DNA of 64,000 nt, taken from the NCBI GenBank assembly GCA_001643675.2, contig LSRY02000064.1, forward strand, positions 186,001 to 250,000, written 5' to 3'. Below are positions 1-11,395 of this stretch, in pieces (the first letter of the stretch is position 1; each line of letters begins with the position of its first letter). This DNA comes from Monocercomonoides exilis PA203. Lineage: Eukaryota; Protista; Preaxostyla. The notes under the pieces were generated by a model. That model searched no databases and was not told where the DNA came from. It saw nothing but the letters and a program-made list of their open reading frames with translations. Both the position numbers and the translations under genes were made by a program.

Positions 1-1337
1 GTTGTGCACATCTCAATCAGCAGCTCTGTCGTCTTCTCCCTCTCTTTGCTCAGCAGCTGCTTCCCATACTTCAGCACAAGCATCTCCCGCTGCCCGCTGT
101 CTCTCAGCGACCGGATCCTCCCAAGCGCCAGCAGCGGAACAAGCGATGCTGCTGGCACTTCTGACTCACACCCGCCACTCACACCCCCATAGCTCGATGA
201 GCTGCCCATCTTCCCCAATGATGATGATGATGATGATGATGATGAGGCAGAAAGCGAAGACACTCCACTCCCCCATCCTCCTTTCTCCTTTTCCCTCTTC
301 TCCTTCTTCTCCTTCTCCATTTCTCGCCTCCACAGCTCCCTGATCTCCTCCTCCCCCAGGTTCCCTTCCAGCATAATCCGCAGCGACCACTCCTGCCTCC
401 CTGCTTTCTCTGCCAGCCGCAGCGCCTCGCTCTCAAACCCTGCCTGGAAGCACACCCGGATGGCTGTGTTGATGTCGAATGAGAATGATGATGATGAACT
501 TGATGAGCTGATCGAAAAAGAACGGTCGAAAAAGTCGTTCAGCCTCTTCTGCTGCTGCATCTTCGTCAGGCAGTTGATCAGAAGTGTTGTGTGCTCCTTC
601 GTCGCTGTCAGCTCCTCCAGCGGAATTGCTGCACAAAGCGGATCCCGCTCTGCCTGCACCTGCCGTTCCCTCGCTCTCCACACCCCATCCACCCCTGCCT
701 CTTTCACCCCTGCTGCCTTCGCCCTCGCCTTCTCCCGCTCCACACTCTCCGTGAACGAGTGCAGCGCCAGCAGATAGTCTGCCAGCACATCCACCCGCCT
801 CCACATCAGCAGCCGCTCAATCGCAATGCTCGGCTGCACACACCCAATCGACCGCACGAACGCCTCCCCCGCACCCCCCGCGTCTGTGTCCCACGCATGC
901 CCCTCCAGCACACACACTGCTTGCTCGCTGTGCAGATGCCCTTGCACATACGAATGCAGCGACGGATGCAGCGCAGACGACGACCCGCTCAGCGCTGCCT
1001 CCAAATCTCGCCCCAAAGACGCTGGCCCTTTCAAGGACAGTGCCGATGGCTGTGGTGCTGCTGTTGTGGCTGTGCTGCCCTTTGGCCGCGCAGCTGCGCC
1101 CAGAAATGTCTCTGACAGAAGCCCGTCTGAACACCTCAGCTTGTTCATCCCAATTGCAATGTCCATCTTCCCGCGCTCTGCCAGCACCCGCCTCTTCAAC
1201 GCAAAGTCCTTCTCGAAGATCAAATACAGTCTGCACTCCAAATCAGCAAGTGCAGATGAAGAGGCAGAAGAAGAAGGAGAAGTGGATTGTGAAGTGGAGT
1301 CAGAAGGTGAAGAGGCAAATGAAGATGATGACGATTT
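1..1337 (-). CDS. VPS11: Vps11 (HOPS/CORVET core subunit), large exon running off the left edge; not in the ORF track
   Basis: Manual translation of the - strand is open from 1337 to 1: LYLIFEKDFALKRRVLAERGKMDIAIG...AFVRSIGCVQPSIAIERLL...LADYLLALH...ATKEHTTLLINCLTKM...FDINTAIRVCFQAGF...ALRLAEKAGRQEWSLRIMLE...LKYGKQLL...TTELLIEMCT. These are the Vps11 alpha-solenoid/clathrin-repeat motifs (HTTLLLNCYTK, FDVETAIxV, YGKxL, TTxLLxxLCT) in the right order. Probable acceptor TAG at 1340-1338. Confidence 0.88.
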
Positions 1338-1739
1338 CTATGCTTCTTATAAAATAAAGTGAGTGACTTTGCATTTAAATAAAGAAATAAATTATCATTT
1401 TTTAAATATTCAATTAAATATACCAAAGAATGAACAAATAACCTATGATATTTTTATCTATTAATAATCATTTAAAAAATTGCTTCGGAAGTGTAAAAAA
1501 TACTTATTTGTTCTTTGTTCATCAATTTTCCAAAATTTTTTCTTTCTTTTTTGATAAAGACTGAATTCTTTTGGTTTTTATTTCGAAAATGGACTTGACA
1601 AAAACTCTTTAATATTTATTTTTATCCTCATATTTCTCGGCTTTCTGCTTTTGTAAAACCGGAAATATGATGATTTTAAATACGATTCCAGATCAGTTTT
1701 TCGATAAATAATTAAGGTCACAGATCGCATTAAGTGAAC

Positions 1740-3357
1740 ATGATTGCAATATTATTGCTGATATCGGAATTATATTCAGTTATTCAAATTCCAAGATATC
1801 CATCTTTGTTGGAATTAAGCGCAAGACCTTGGCTTTATGAACTTGGAAAGAAATATCATAAGAGTATTACAAGTTTAAGTATGATTCCAGAAGCTGAATT
1901 TCAAGCAATTTCTCAAAGTGGATATAACATTGTGTGGCTTATGGGCGTATGGAGCTTGGGACCGAAAGGATTGCAGCACGATAGAACAGATTCTGGATTG
2001 AAAAGATCTTATGATCGTGTTCTTCCTGGGTTTGTTCATTTTATTTATTCATTTTTCAAAAATAATTTTCACTGTTCTTATTGATTATGTAATTCAATAA
2101 TTTTTGATTAAAACTCACATTTATTTCAGATGGACAAATGATGATGTCATTGGCTCACCTTATGCAATCAAGGATTATGTTATCAATCCGCAACTTGGGA
2201 CGCCACAAGATCTTACAGAGTTTAGAAATAGACTTCATAAATATGGAATTCAACTGTATCTCGATCTTGTTCCAAACCATTCAGCTGTTGATATGAAAAA
2301 TGTTGATGCGCATCCAGAGTATTATGTGAGAGCTCCACCTTCTGATCGTCCACCATATGACCCCAATATTTATTTGAGCAATGGCGTTGCTTATGGAAAA
2401 GATCCATATAGCGGTGCGTGGACAGATACTGCGCAGTATAACATGTGGGAGGAAAAGATGAGGGCACAGTTAATAACATATTTGAGAGTTTGCTCTCAGT
2501 ATGCAGATGGCGTTCGATGCGACATGGCGATGCTGTTACTGAACGATGTTATTGAGCAAACGTGGGGATATCAATTGCATGCTTGGAATTACACGCAGCC
2601 AAGTGCTCAATTTTGGGAGCAAGCAACAAAGACATTGAAACGTCTTGTGCCAGGCTTTTCGTTTATGGCAGAAGTCTATTGGGGACGCGAAAATCAGCTG
2701 CTTGGAATGGGATTTGATTGGATGTATGATAAAGATGGGCTGTATAACAGATTGACCGATGGGAATCTCGACAACTTAAGAGGATATATCAAAGGGACAG
2801 ATCTGTCGCACATGACTCATTTTACTGAGAATCACGATGAAGAACGAGCAATCACCAACTTTGGTTCAGTGAGCAGAGCAAATGCAGCAGCTGTAGTGTC
2901 GATGACACTGCCAGGCATGCGCTTTTATTTCCAGGGGCAGATGGAAGGAAAACAGAACAAATTGGATGTTCATCTGAGACGCTCAAAGGACGAGGAAGTG
3001 AAGCAAAATGTCGTGAATTTCTATCAAAAACTCCAGAAATCTTTGAACCACACTGTTTTCCATTCAGGCGACTGGCAGTATGTTGATCCAACAGACGTTG
3101 ATGGATCCTCGTGGAGGTTTTTGAGCTGGAAATGGAAGGAAGGAAAAGAAAAAAGACTTTGCATCATTAACTACTCAGATGGGCAGGCAGTTGCAAGATT
3201 CAAATGTCCTGATGTTTATGAAAAGGCACAGGGAGACGATGTTAAAGTGGTAGATGAGTTGAATGGAAACACATACAGCAGAAGCGCTTCAGAGATGAAA
3301 AATGAAGGACTATATGTTGTTTTGCCAGCCTGGGGAGCTCATATTTTCAACTATTAA
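1740..3357 (+). CDS. Secreted GH13 alpha-amylase-family glycoside hydrolase (2 exons: 1740-2029, 2130-3357)
   Basis: A GT...CAG intron at 2030-2129 joins the two ORFs in frame (LPG|WTNDDVIGSPYA). GH13 motifs DLVPNH, DGVRCDMAM (nucleophile), FMAEVYW (acid/base) and ENHDE are present. Hydrophobic N-terminus MIAILLLISELYS. Confidence 0.92.
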
Positions 3358-3496
3358 CAAGCTTATTGAATAAAGAAAACACTTCTTATTTTTAATTATT
3401 TCATTTTCATGTTTTTAACTGTTATTTTTTTGTTTTTTCCCCCTGTTTGTCATATTTTAATATATGACGAGTTTTGATTGTGCATTATTCTCGTAA

Positions 3497-4608
3497 ATGT
3501 CTGTTCAAGCCATGGAAGTTAATGCACTGATCGAAGCAATACTGGCGGAAACAGCCGTAAGTAATAATTCAAATTTTCGCTAGAATTTTTTTTATTTGAC
3601 AGTTCTGCTCAATTTTTGTTTGTGTTAATTGTTTGCTGCTTAAATACACTTTTAAATATTATTACTCTATTTACCTATTTCGATGTCTCATTTAAATTGA
3701 CATATTTTTAAAGTCAATTTTTTTCCAAAAATGAAAGAAAGTCAGCATTATTCTTCTGTTATCTCGTCGTGGAGTGTCAATACTGAATCCTATTTTTGAT
3801 ATATTTTTAAACCTCTTTTTTTTTTTTTTAGACAATATTCAGAGTTGATTTATTTTAAACTTTAAAAAAATTTAAATAATAATTTTTGTTATTTTTATCA
3901 ATTTTGAGAGAACAGAAGGTGAGAGAACATATGCTTGTTTGAAGACTTTTATTTATCAGCAATTTCTTTGATTTTTTCCCCAATTTATTTCAATTATTCA
4001 AATGCAATTATCATTAAAAATATCTTATTAAGTAAATAAAAAAATACTGAGGATAAAGAAAGTTATCTTTCAGCAGTAATATGAATATCAGTACATCTAG
4101 TAACTGAAAATCGAAAAACAAAGATTAATCTTTGATGTGATAAGAAATAATTACAAAAAAACAAATGAAAAAAATGAAGCAAACTCAAAAAAAAGTGATA
4201 GAATGAACATAAAAAAAAAGACAATGAGGAAATGAAAGACGAACTTTGAAAAGAGAACATTAAAGTCTGTAACAATAAGAACAGAATCTTGTCAACAAAT
4301 AATCAACATCTCTTCGTTTCAACGATGGATGAAATATCACAAGAAACAAATTGAACAAAGACATTGCAGAACAGCTGTTCTTCAAACATGGCAAGATAAA
4401 AACATTCAATACAACAATATTCAAATAATAGATCATTTTCTTTAAATTATTCTTGAGTGAATAAATCATGAAAATAGCAATCAAAAGGAAATAACTGTTT
4501 AAAAAATTCAAAATTGTACACTTTATTCTTTTTGACAGCAAGCCATATAATTTGAGAACAAGAGAAAGAGGAAAACTTCAAAAGAATAAAGTGAAGAAAA
4601 GAAAATGA
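3497..4608 (+). CDS. Possible small multi-exon gene of unknown function
   Basis: ATG-led exon MSVQAMEVNALIEAILAETA ends at a perfect GTAAGT donor (3557). A plausible last exon follows ttttgacag (KPYNLRTRERGKLQKNKVKKRK*). Middle exons were not resolved. Confidence 0.25.
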
Positions 4609-5023
4609 AAAAAGAAGCAGAAGAAGAAGAAGAGCAAAAAGCAAAAAAGCAATATGAAATAATAAGCACCACACAAAAAAATAATACAGAACGAAATTGA
4701 TGAAAACAATTGTCTTTATGAATCAGAAAGGAAACGAAAATTGAAAATTATCAAGCCATCAACTCTGATAGACAACAGCCAATGTGATATGAATGAAATG
4801 AATATGCTTATATTTTATATTTTATTTATTTATTTTTATTTTTATTTCAAATGCAATCAAGAGAATTATTACTGAAATGTGAATCAATACAAACAGAGTA
4901 ACCGATCTTCAAGCATTCCATCAGATACATACGCATCTGCCTTAAATGACATGCAATCACAGAATGTGAACAATAATTCCCGTTCATCTCCAAAAAAATT
5001 ACCCTCCAAAAAATTGAATGTGT

Positions 5024-7550
5024 TTAAGGCTCAGGTGGAGGTGGAGGAGGTGTGTCGAGTGCAGGTGGTGGTGTCAGAGGAGGTGTCAATGAAGGAAGAG
5101 GAGGAGAAGGCGGCAGCGAAAAAGTGTCAATCGGAGGTGGAGTCGTCAGAGGCGTCGGCAGAGAAGAAGGAGAAGAAGAGGGAGAAGAAGAAGGAGGCGG
5201 TGGAGGAGGAGTCAGTGTGATAGGCGAGTCAGACGGGAGAGACAGAGCAGATGAGGGTGCAACGGGAGTGGCAGGGAGAGGGCTAAGTGCTGGCGGCGGG
5301 GGAGTCGAAGGCAGCGGCGGATCGAGCGACGAGCTGGAGAATGTGAGAGTGTTCGAAAACGGCTCGTCGCTTTCGGAGTTTTCGTTGTTTGCTGCCTGAA
5401 CGAGTGTCAGTGGCTCTGTGCCCATGGGATGGAGATAGTCTTCAGAGGGCATTGATTCTGAGTGTGGTGACAGTGCTGAGTCTGAGTATTTGAGAGGAGA
5501 AGAGACAAAAGAGGTGGAAGAAGTCATGTTTGGTGAAGCTGAAGAAGAATAAGCCGAAGAAGGAGTGGGAAGCGAAGTGAAATCGTCAGACGGAGAAGGA
5601 GAAGGAGATGGTGTGAAAGGCGACTGGCCATTCATCTGGGGAACAGGTGTTTCGCCCACCAGACTCGCCCGCGCAGGGAACGAAGGAGCTTCACTGGAGG
5701 CGTCGGGGTTTGGAGTGGCACTTGATGAGCAGCCAGAGCTGTCAGCACGGTCGAATGAGGAAGGAGTGCAGGAAGAGGATGAAGGAGAAACAGAAACAGA
5801 AGCAGAAGAAGAAGATGATGATGATGATGAAGGAGTTTGAGAACTGACACTTTTGTCGCTGTTGGATTCTTTTTTATCTTTCTTCTTTTTTTCCTGTGTG
5901 GCTTCGTATTCTGTCATGAGCTTTTTGATTTCCTTGCGTGAAAGAGAGATGCCATATGCAATTTTGATTAGCCCTTCGATGTCGACTTTCTGCTCCTGTG
6001 CTCCATGATGGATGTGCATAATCAGCTCTTCATATGATGGACAAGTGGTTAAATATGCTAAAAGGAAAATAAAATAGTTGAGGCAATCAATTAGAAATTG
6101 AAAAAAATAAAGATTGAAAGTGAATTTGAAAGCAAGAGATAAAAAATTTTTTTGCAAAAGGGAATAAAATTCACAAAATAAGTGTAATCAAATGGCTCGC
6201 TTTAAAGAGGAATTTAGATTCTTTTCTCTTCTATTATGTTTCGAATTGAGCTTTTTCTTTCTTTCTTTCTTTCTTTTTCTCAATCTCAGTGCACACGTTC
6301 AAGCAGCTTCATAAATGCTATCCCGAATCTGTACAGCACTTTACGCCCTCCAGCGAAAAAGCAGTCCCACACTCTCACAGCAGAAGAGAAAGGAAATGTG
6401 TACAGATAAATAGTCCAAAACCACTGGTCCGCAAATGGCTGCACGATTCGGCCTGGTTTAAGCCGGCATTTTTTGTATTTCTCCTGCATCTGCTGCTTGG
6501 TGGGCTAAGAATAAAAGAGGATGAATAATTATTTATTTTTTCAAAAATTACAAATATTTTTAACAATTCATTCTTCTTGTAAATTTCAAACCTTTCTTTT
6601 AATAAAGCTTGAGTCACTGTCTCCAAAAAATGTTGAGTTTGCAGCAAGAAATCGAAGCTTTTTGTAAACGCTTGGAATCTTTTTCTCTAATAGTCTTTCA
6701 AGCACATACATGCATGCAACTAACAAAGTAAAATTCGTTGTATAGAACTTTCTTATTCCATAAGACCCTTCATTCAGCATAAATACGAGCATCCAAAATG
6801 AATCCTCTGCATTGTAATACATGTTAAGGCAGCCGGCCAAGTACGATAAGCTCTGACAATAACCAAGTTCAGGATCAAATACAGCATAAGCCACTAAAGT
6901 ATGTAAAAGTTTAACTCTCCTGAAATCATTTATAAAAAAAGCCAAAAAAAAATTAAGAACATTGAACGGAATATGCAACTTTATTTCAAACTCTACTGAA
7001 TTACCCCCCATTAGATCTGTATAATCAGGGAAAGTGCGATCTAAGTCTTTTTCTATTTGTTCTCTGTGCTCGGTAGGCTTATCTTTCAAATCGTAAAAAT
7101 TTATGTTTCTATACTTAGGGCTAGCTCTAAGTTCATCAAATGCAACAAGTTTTTTCCAAGCACTTGATCGAATGCAATCGGGAATTCCTTTGGCACATCT
7201 CTGCTTAATCTAAACAAGGGAATAAAAATAAATACTCTGTTAAAAATTATTAGAAAATAAAATTCACACTTTATTTGGATTTGATTTTACCCATTTATCC
7301 CAATTATCAAGCATCACTCTCCATTTTCTTGTTCGTTCAACTTCTTTATTAATCTGCTCAGGAGTTAAGTCCGCATTTCTATTTTCATCATAATAAATAT
7401 TATTTTTTAAAGATAAAGCAATATTCCACAAAAAGAATATGCAATGCAGCGTTAGCACTTTATTGTTGGATAAAAAAAATAATTCTGATACTTTTCAATT
7501 TTAAAGCCAAATCTATCGAATTTCAACTTATCTTCTTTTGAAGAGGACAT
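5024..7550 (-). CDS. TBC-domain Rab GTPase-activating protein with Ser/Pro-rich C-terminal tail (about 6 exons)
   Basis: Spliced exons give MSSSKEDKLKFDRFGF...KWRVML...KGIPDCIRSSAW...IEKDLDRTFP (Arg finger IxxDxxR)...GYCQSL (Gln finger)...QWFWTIY...VRVWDCFFAGG, then a poly-Ser/poly-Pro tail ending at 5024. GT-AG boundaries are visible. Confidence 0.93.
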
Positions 7551-8403
7551 ATTAAAAAGTTATGTGAAACTTAAAATCCTAAGATTCTGTGAAGGCGTTT
7601 TCAATATCAAATTGGGGAAGAATAAAAATATCCGACCCATATTTGAGTAATTCAATAATCTTTTATAATCAAAACTGACAGATTCCATTAAAAACATGTC
7701 TTTTCGAACAGAAAATGATGGTTCACAGTATTAATAAAATATTTGATGTTCTTTTCGATTTCATTATCAACAAAAATGAATGAATAAAAAAGAATGAACG
7801 AATTCTGTCTGATTTTGGAAATTGGAAATTGTTTAACAGGTATTTTCACGTGAATGATATGATTCGATTGTGCAAAGAGATCTTCATTTCTAAAATAATT
7901 AGACCTTTTCATATGATAATTTTGGAAAACTTATAACAATTTGTAATGACATGTTATAAAAAAAAAAGAAAAAGAAAAGAAAAATATGCATAAAATCATT
8001 GGATGATGTGTAAAATTTCACGAACAATGGTTTAAAAAAATAAGATTAAAACAAAATACAATAGAAGCGTTGAAGAGTAAAATTCGCCAGTAACATATAA
8101 AACTGCAAAAAATTAGAATAATTCGAATAATTTACATTCAAAAAACTAAAACTAAACTAGAAATTTTCTGAACATAGCAAAAACAGAAGAAATGAAATCT
8201 TTGCAGACAAGAAAATTTAAAAAACAAAAAACCAGCACATGTTTATTGATTTTAATAATTTTCAAGCACAGTTTCCATTGAAATAGAGATTGCTTGCAAA
8301 ACCAGAACATACATACACATTTTATTCCTTCTGTTTATTTATCGAAAACCCTTTTATTCAACAATTTGAAGATGGCTTATAAATAATCTTCTATTGCAAC
8401 CTC

Positions 8404-10656
8404 CTAAAAATATGTCATTGCAGCAATGCCATTCAGAGCAGGGTTAACTTCCTCTTCGCTTTCAGCAGATGTTGAAGAAGATGTTGATGAAGTGTCAGAC
8501 GTTTTTCCTTCCGCTTTCTCTTCCACTTTCGCTTCTGTTTCAGCACTTCCTTCAGTTGATGCAGAGCTGTTTGCAGAACTTTCTGATTTTTCGGTCTGAT
8601 TTGCTTCATTTGTCGAACTATCTGTTGAAGAACTTGTTTCTTCAGATGATTTTTCATGTGCAACAATTGTCGTTTGCTGGGGATTTGCCAGTTCAGGATC
8701 AACCACGCTCAGTTGGTCTGTTCATATGGAAATGCACAATCATAATTTAAAAACAATAAATATATTCAATTTTCAATAAAATCATTGAAAAAAATATATA
8801 TAATGATTTTTTCTTTCAGCTATTTCTATTTTATTTCTTCGCATACTGACAACATATTGCGATCCTCCTCCTCTTGTTGGTGCATATGCCATAAGTTCCT
8901 TTCTCGTCTTTCCGAGTTTCTTCAACTCTTCTTCAGTTAGAGTCAATCCTTTCTGCATCAATTTCTGTTGCAGATCCTCAACATACCAATCTTCACCCTG
9001 TGAATGAAATTGAAGAAATAACGAAAAAAAGGAAGAAGAAATGAAACAAAATCAATAAAAAAACGTAATATGGACTTTAGTTAAAAGAAAGGAAAAAATA
9101 AAATATTGAAACATAAAATCGATAAAACAAGGAACATGCAAAAGATAATTAAAACTCATATCCCCAACCTTTGTCATTGTTATAAACGAGCATATGCCCA
9201 ACCAGATAACCAACAAAGAAGTGTAGAACATGATTGTCTGTCCTGGAAAGATCAGCCCACTTGCCGTCTTGACGTACATGTCGTACACTTCCTGAGGTGT
9301 AGCAAGCGGAAGACAAATTCCCACTTCAATGTCATCAGCTGGCGAATCTTGTGGTTCATTTCCTTCTAATGGCGTTGGTTTGGTCAAGTCAACACCCAAA
9401 TACGAGCAGCATTTCTTGGCTTGCTTAGTCGTCATGTTGAACGGATTGAAATTCAACTGTTTGATTTCGCGTGTCTCTTTGTCTCTCACAACAGTTAGCT
9501 TGCACACTCTTGAGCTTGAGCTGTCGGTAACAGCCTCAGCAGACCGAGTATTCATCACAAACCCCACAACGCCCACAATCAGCAAAACAACTCCAAAAAC
9601 AGAAAACATTGTCCCGTTTATCATTTGCGTCTTCTTCTTGTTGAATTTAATGGAGCCGCAAATTCCCCAGACGCCTGCAACAGCAAGCAACACTCCCATA
9701 ATGCACACGACAATCAGAATAGCCACCCCAGTTCCAAAGGAGGATGCCATGATGATGACAGAGTATAGAAAGATCAGCAGTGCGAGCACAAACAAACAAA
9801 AAGAGCCAAAAAAGAGAGATGTTTGCACCACGCCGCGCAAGCCAAGTCTTCTTGAGACAATAAAAAGTGTTATTAACTGAAAGTATTTCAAAAAATTTTA
9901 TTCAAAAGAATATCATAATTATTAAATGATATTCGTTTTATGCCAAATATTTATAAATAAAACAGTTTTAAAAAAGTGGCAAACAAATAAAATTCCTGCG
10001 ATAAGGCCAATTACTCCTGCAGCGATAGACAATCCTTCCAGAGACTATTTGATAAAAGATGATTAATATAACATGAAATAATTACAAAACTCAAAAAAAT
10101 AAGTCTATGAAAAGGATTTCCCAACATACATCTAGTAGGCTGCACAAAGATTTATTTTGCTTGATATCAATGTTGCATCCAACTTCCTGCTTTGAAGCCT
10201 TAAAGGAGATTTTTGACTTAATAATAATTAAATTTCAAAAAGTGCACAAACTGCAATGACTGCATCAACAATTGATCCATCTGCCATGATAATCGTTGAG
10301 ATAATAAACAGAGCAAGGGTTACTGCAAGCGAGCCAAAGAAATACTAAAAAATTGCATAAAAAAAAGACAAAACCAATACTTAACAATAACTGCAATATA
10401 CTATATAATATCATACAAGTTTTCCAAAGCAATCAACATTCGTGCATACGGAGAAAAATCCGAGAATCATGAAAACAACAAGCAGAACTCCCACCAACAA
10501 AAGAACAAAGAAGAAGAAATTGAATTGCTTGGTCTGACCCATCAAAATAGACGGAGCGACAACGAGGAAAACTCCAACCGCGCCGACGATGCAGATCAAG
10601 ATTGAAAACACAATCATACATGCTTTTGAAAGTTTTGGCTTCGGTTGGCCAAACAT
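8404..10656 (-). CDS. 8-TM membrane protein made of two tandem tetraspanin-like 4-TM units plus an acidic Ser/Thr tail (7 exons)
   Basis: All junctions keep phase: 10656-10417, 10344-10252, ~10198-10130, ~10044-9985, ~9877-9168, ~8997-8847, ~8717-8404. Each half has three clustered TMs, a Cys-containing loop (GCNIDIKQNKSLC; RVC...KKCCSY...GIC) and a fourth TM. Confidence 0.7.
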
Positions 10657-11395
10657 CTTTCAATTATATTTTTATGATTCTGAATGAAATATATATATTT
10701 GATAAAGTATAAAAAATCGATTGTTTTGATTTTTAAATTTGTTTAATAGATTAAAAACAAAAAATCAATACCAAGAAATATTGATAATGGTTAAAATTTT
10801 TGGAATCTTCTCCTTCATATTAACTTGTTGAAAATTTTATGCATATCAATGCAATTTCAAGCATTTTATTTTAATCTTCACTTAAAGAATTGTTCAAAAT
10901 ATTTGCACCAACATATTGATTGGATATACGCAAATCAAACTGAAACAGAAACGAAATGATATGTTAAAAATTCTTGATCAACTGATATTTCTCATGAAGA
11001 GGTTATAATAACTTGAAGCATTCAAAGTAATTTAAACATATATTTCAGAAAAAGCTTTAACTTTTCAAAAATAGTTTTTTAATCTTTTTTAATTGCTCCA
11101 ATAAAAAAAAACATAAGCTATAAAATCTTTTCATTTAAATTTAAATGCGGAAAAAACGTTTTCACTTAAAAAAACAAAAAGATTATTAAAAATTACCAAT
11201 AAACTGATTGTAATCCACAAAAAAATTAAGAAAAATGCAAGTTATACAGAAATATTTAACAATATTATTCTTTTATTGAAAATCAAAGAAAAATCTAATC
11301 TTATAACATAATACAACAAACAACAATAATTATTTTTAAGCTTAATAATCCATTTTCGGATATTTGGTCACAAACATAAAGCAATCACAAGAGAT

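Noticed and set aside
2-1362. Many overlapping ORFs in the track, including 826..1362 (+)
   Set aside because: They are shadows of the Vps11 frame on the - strand.
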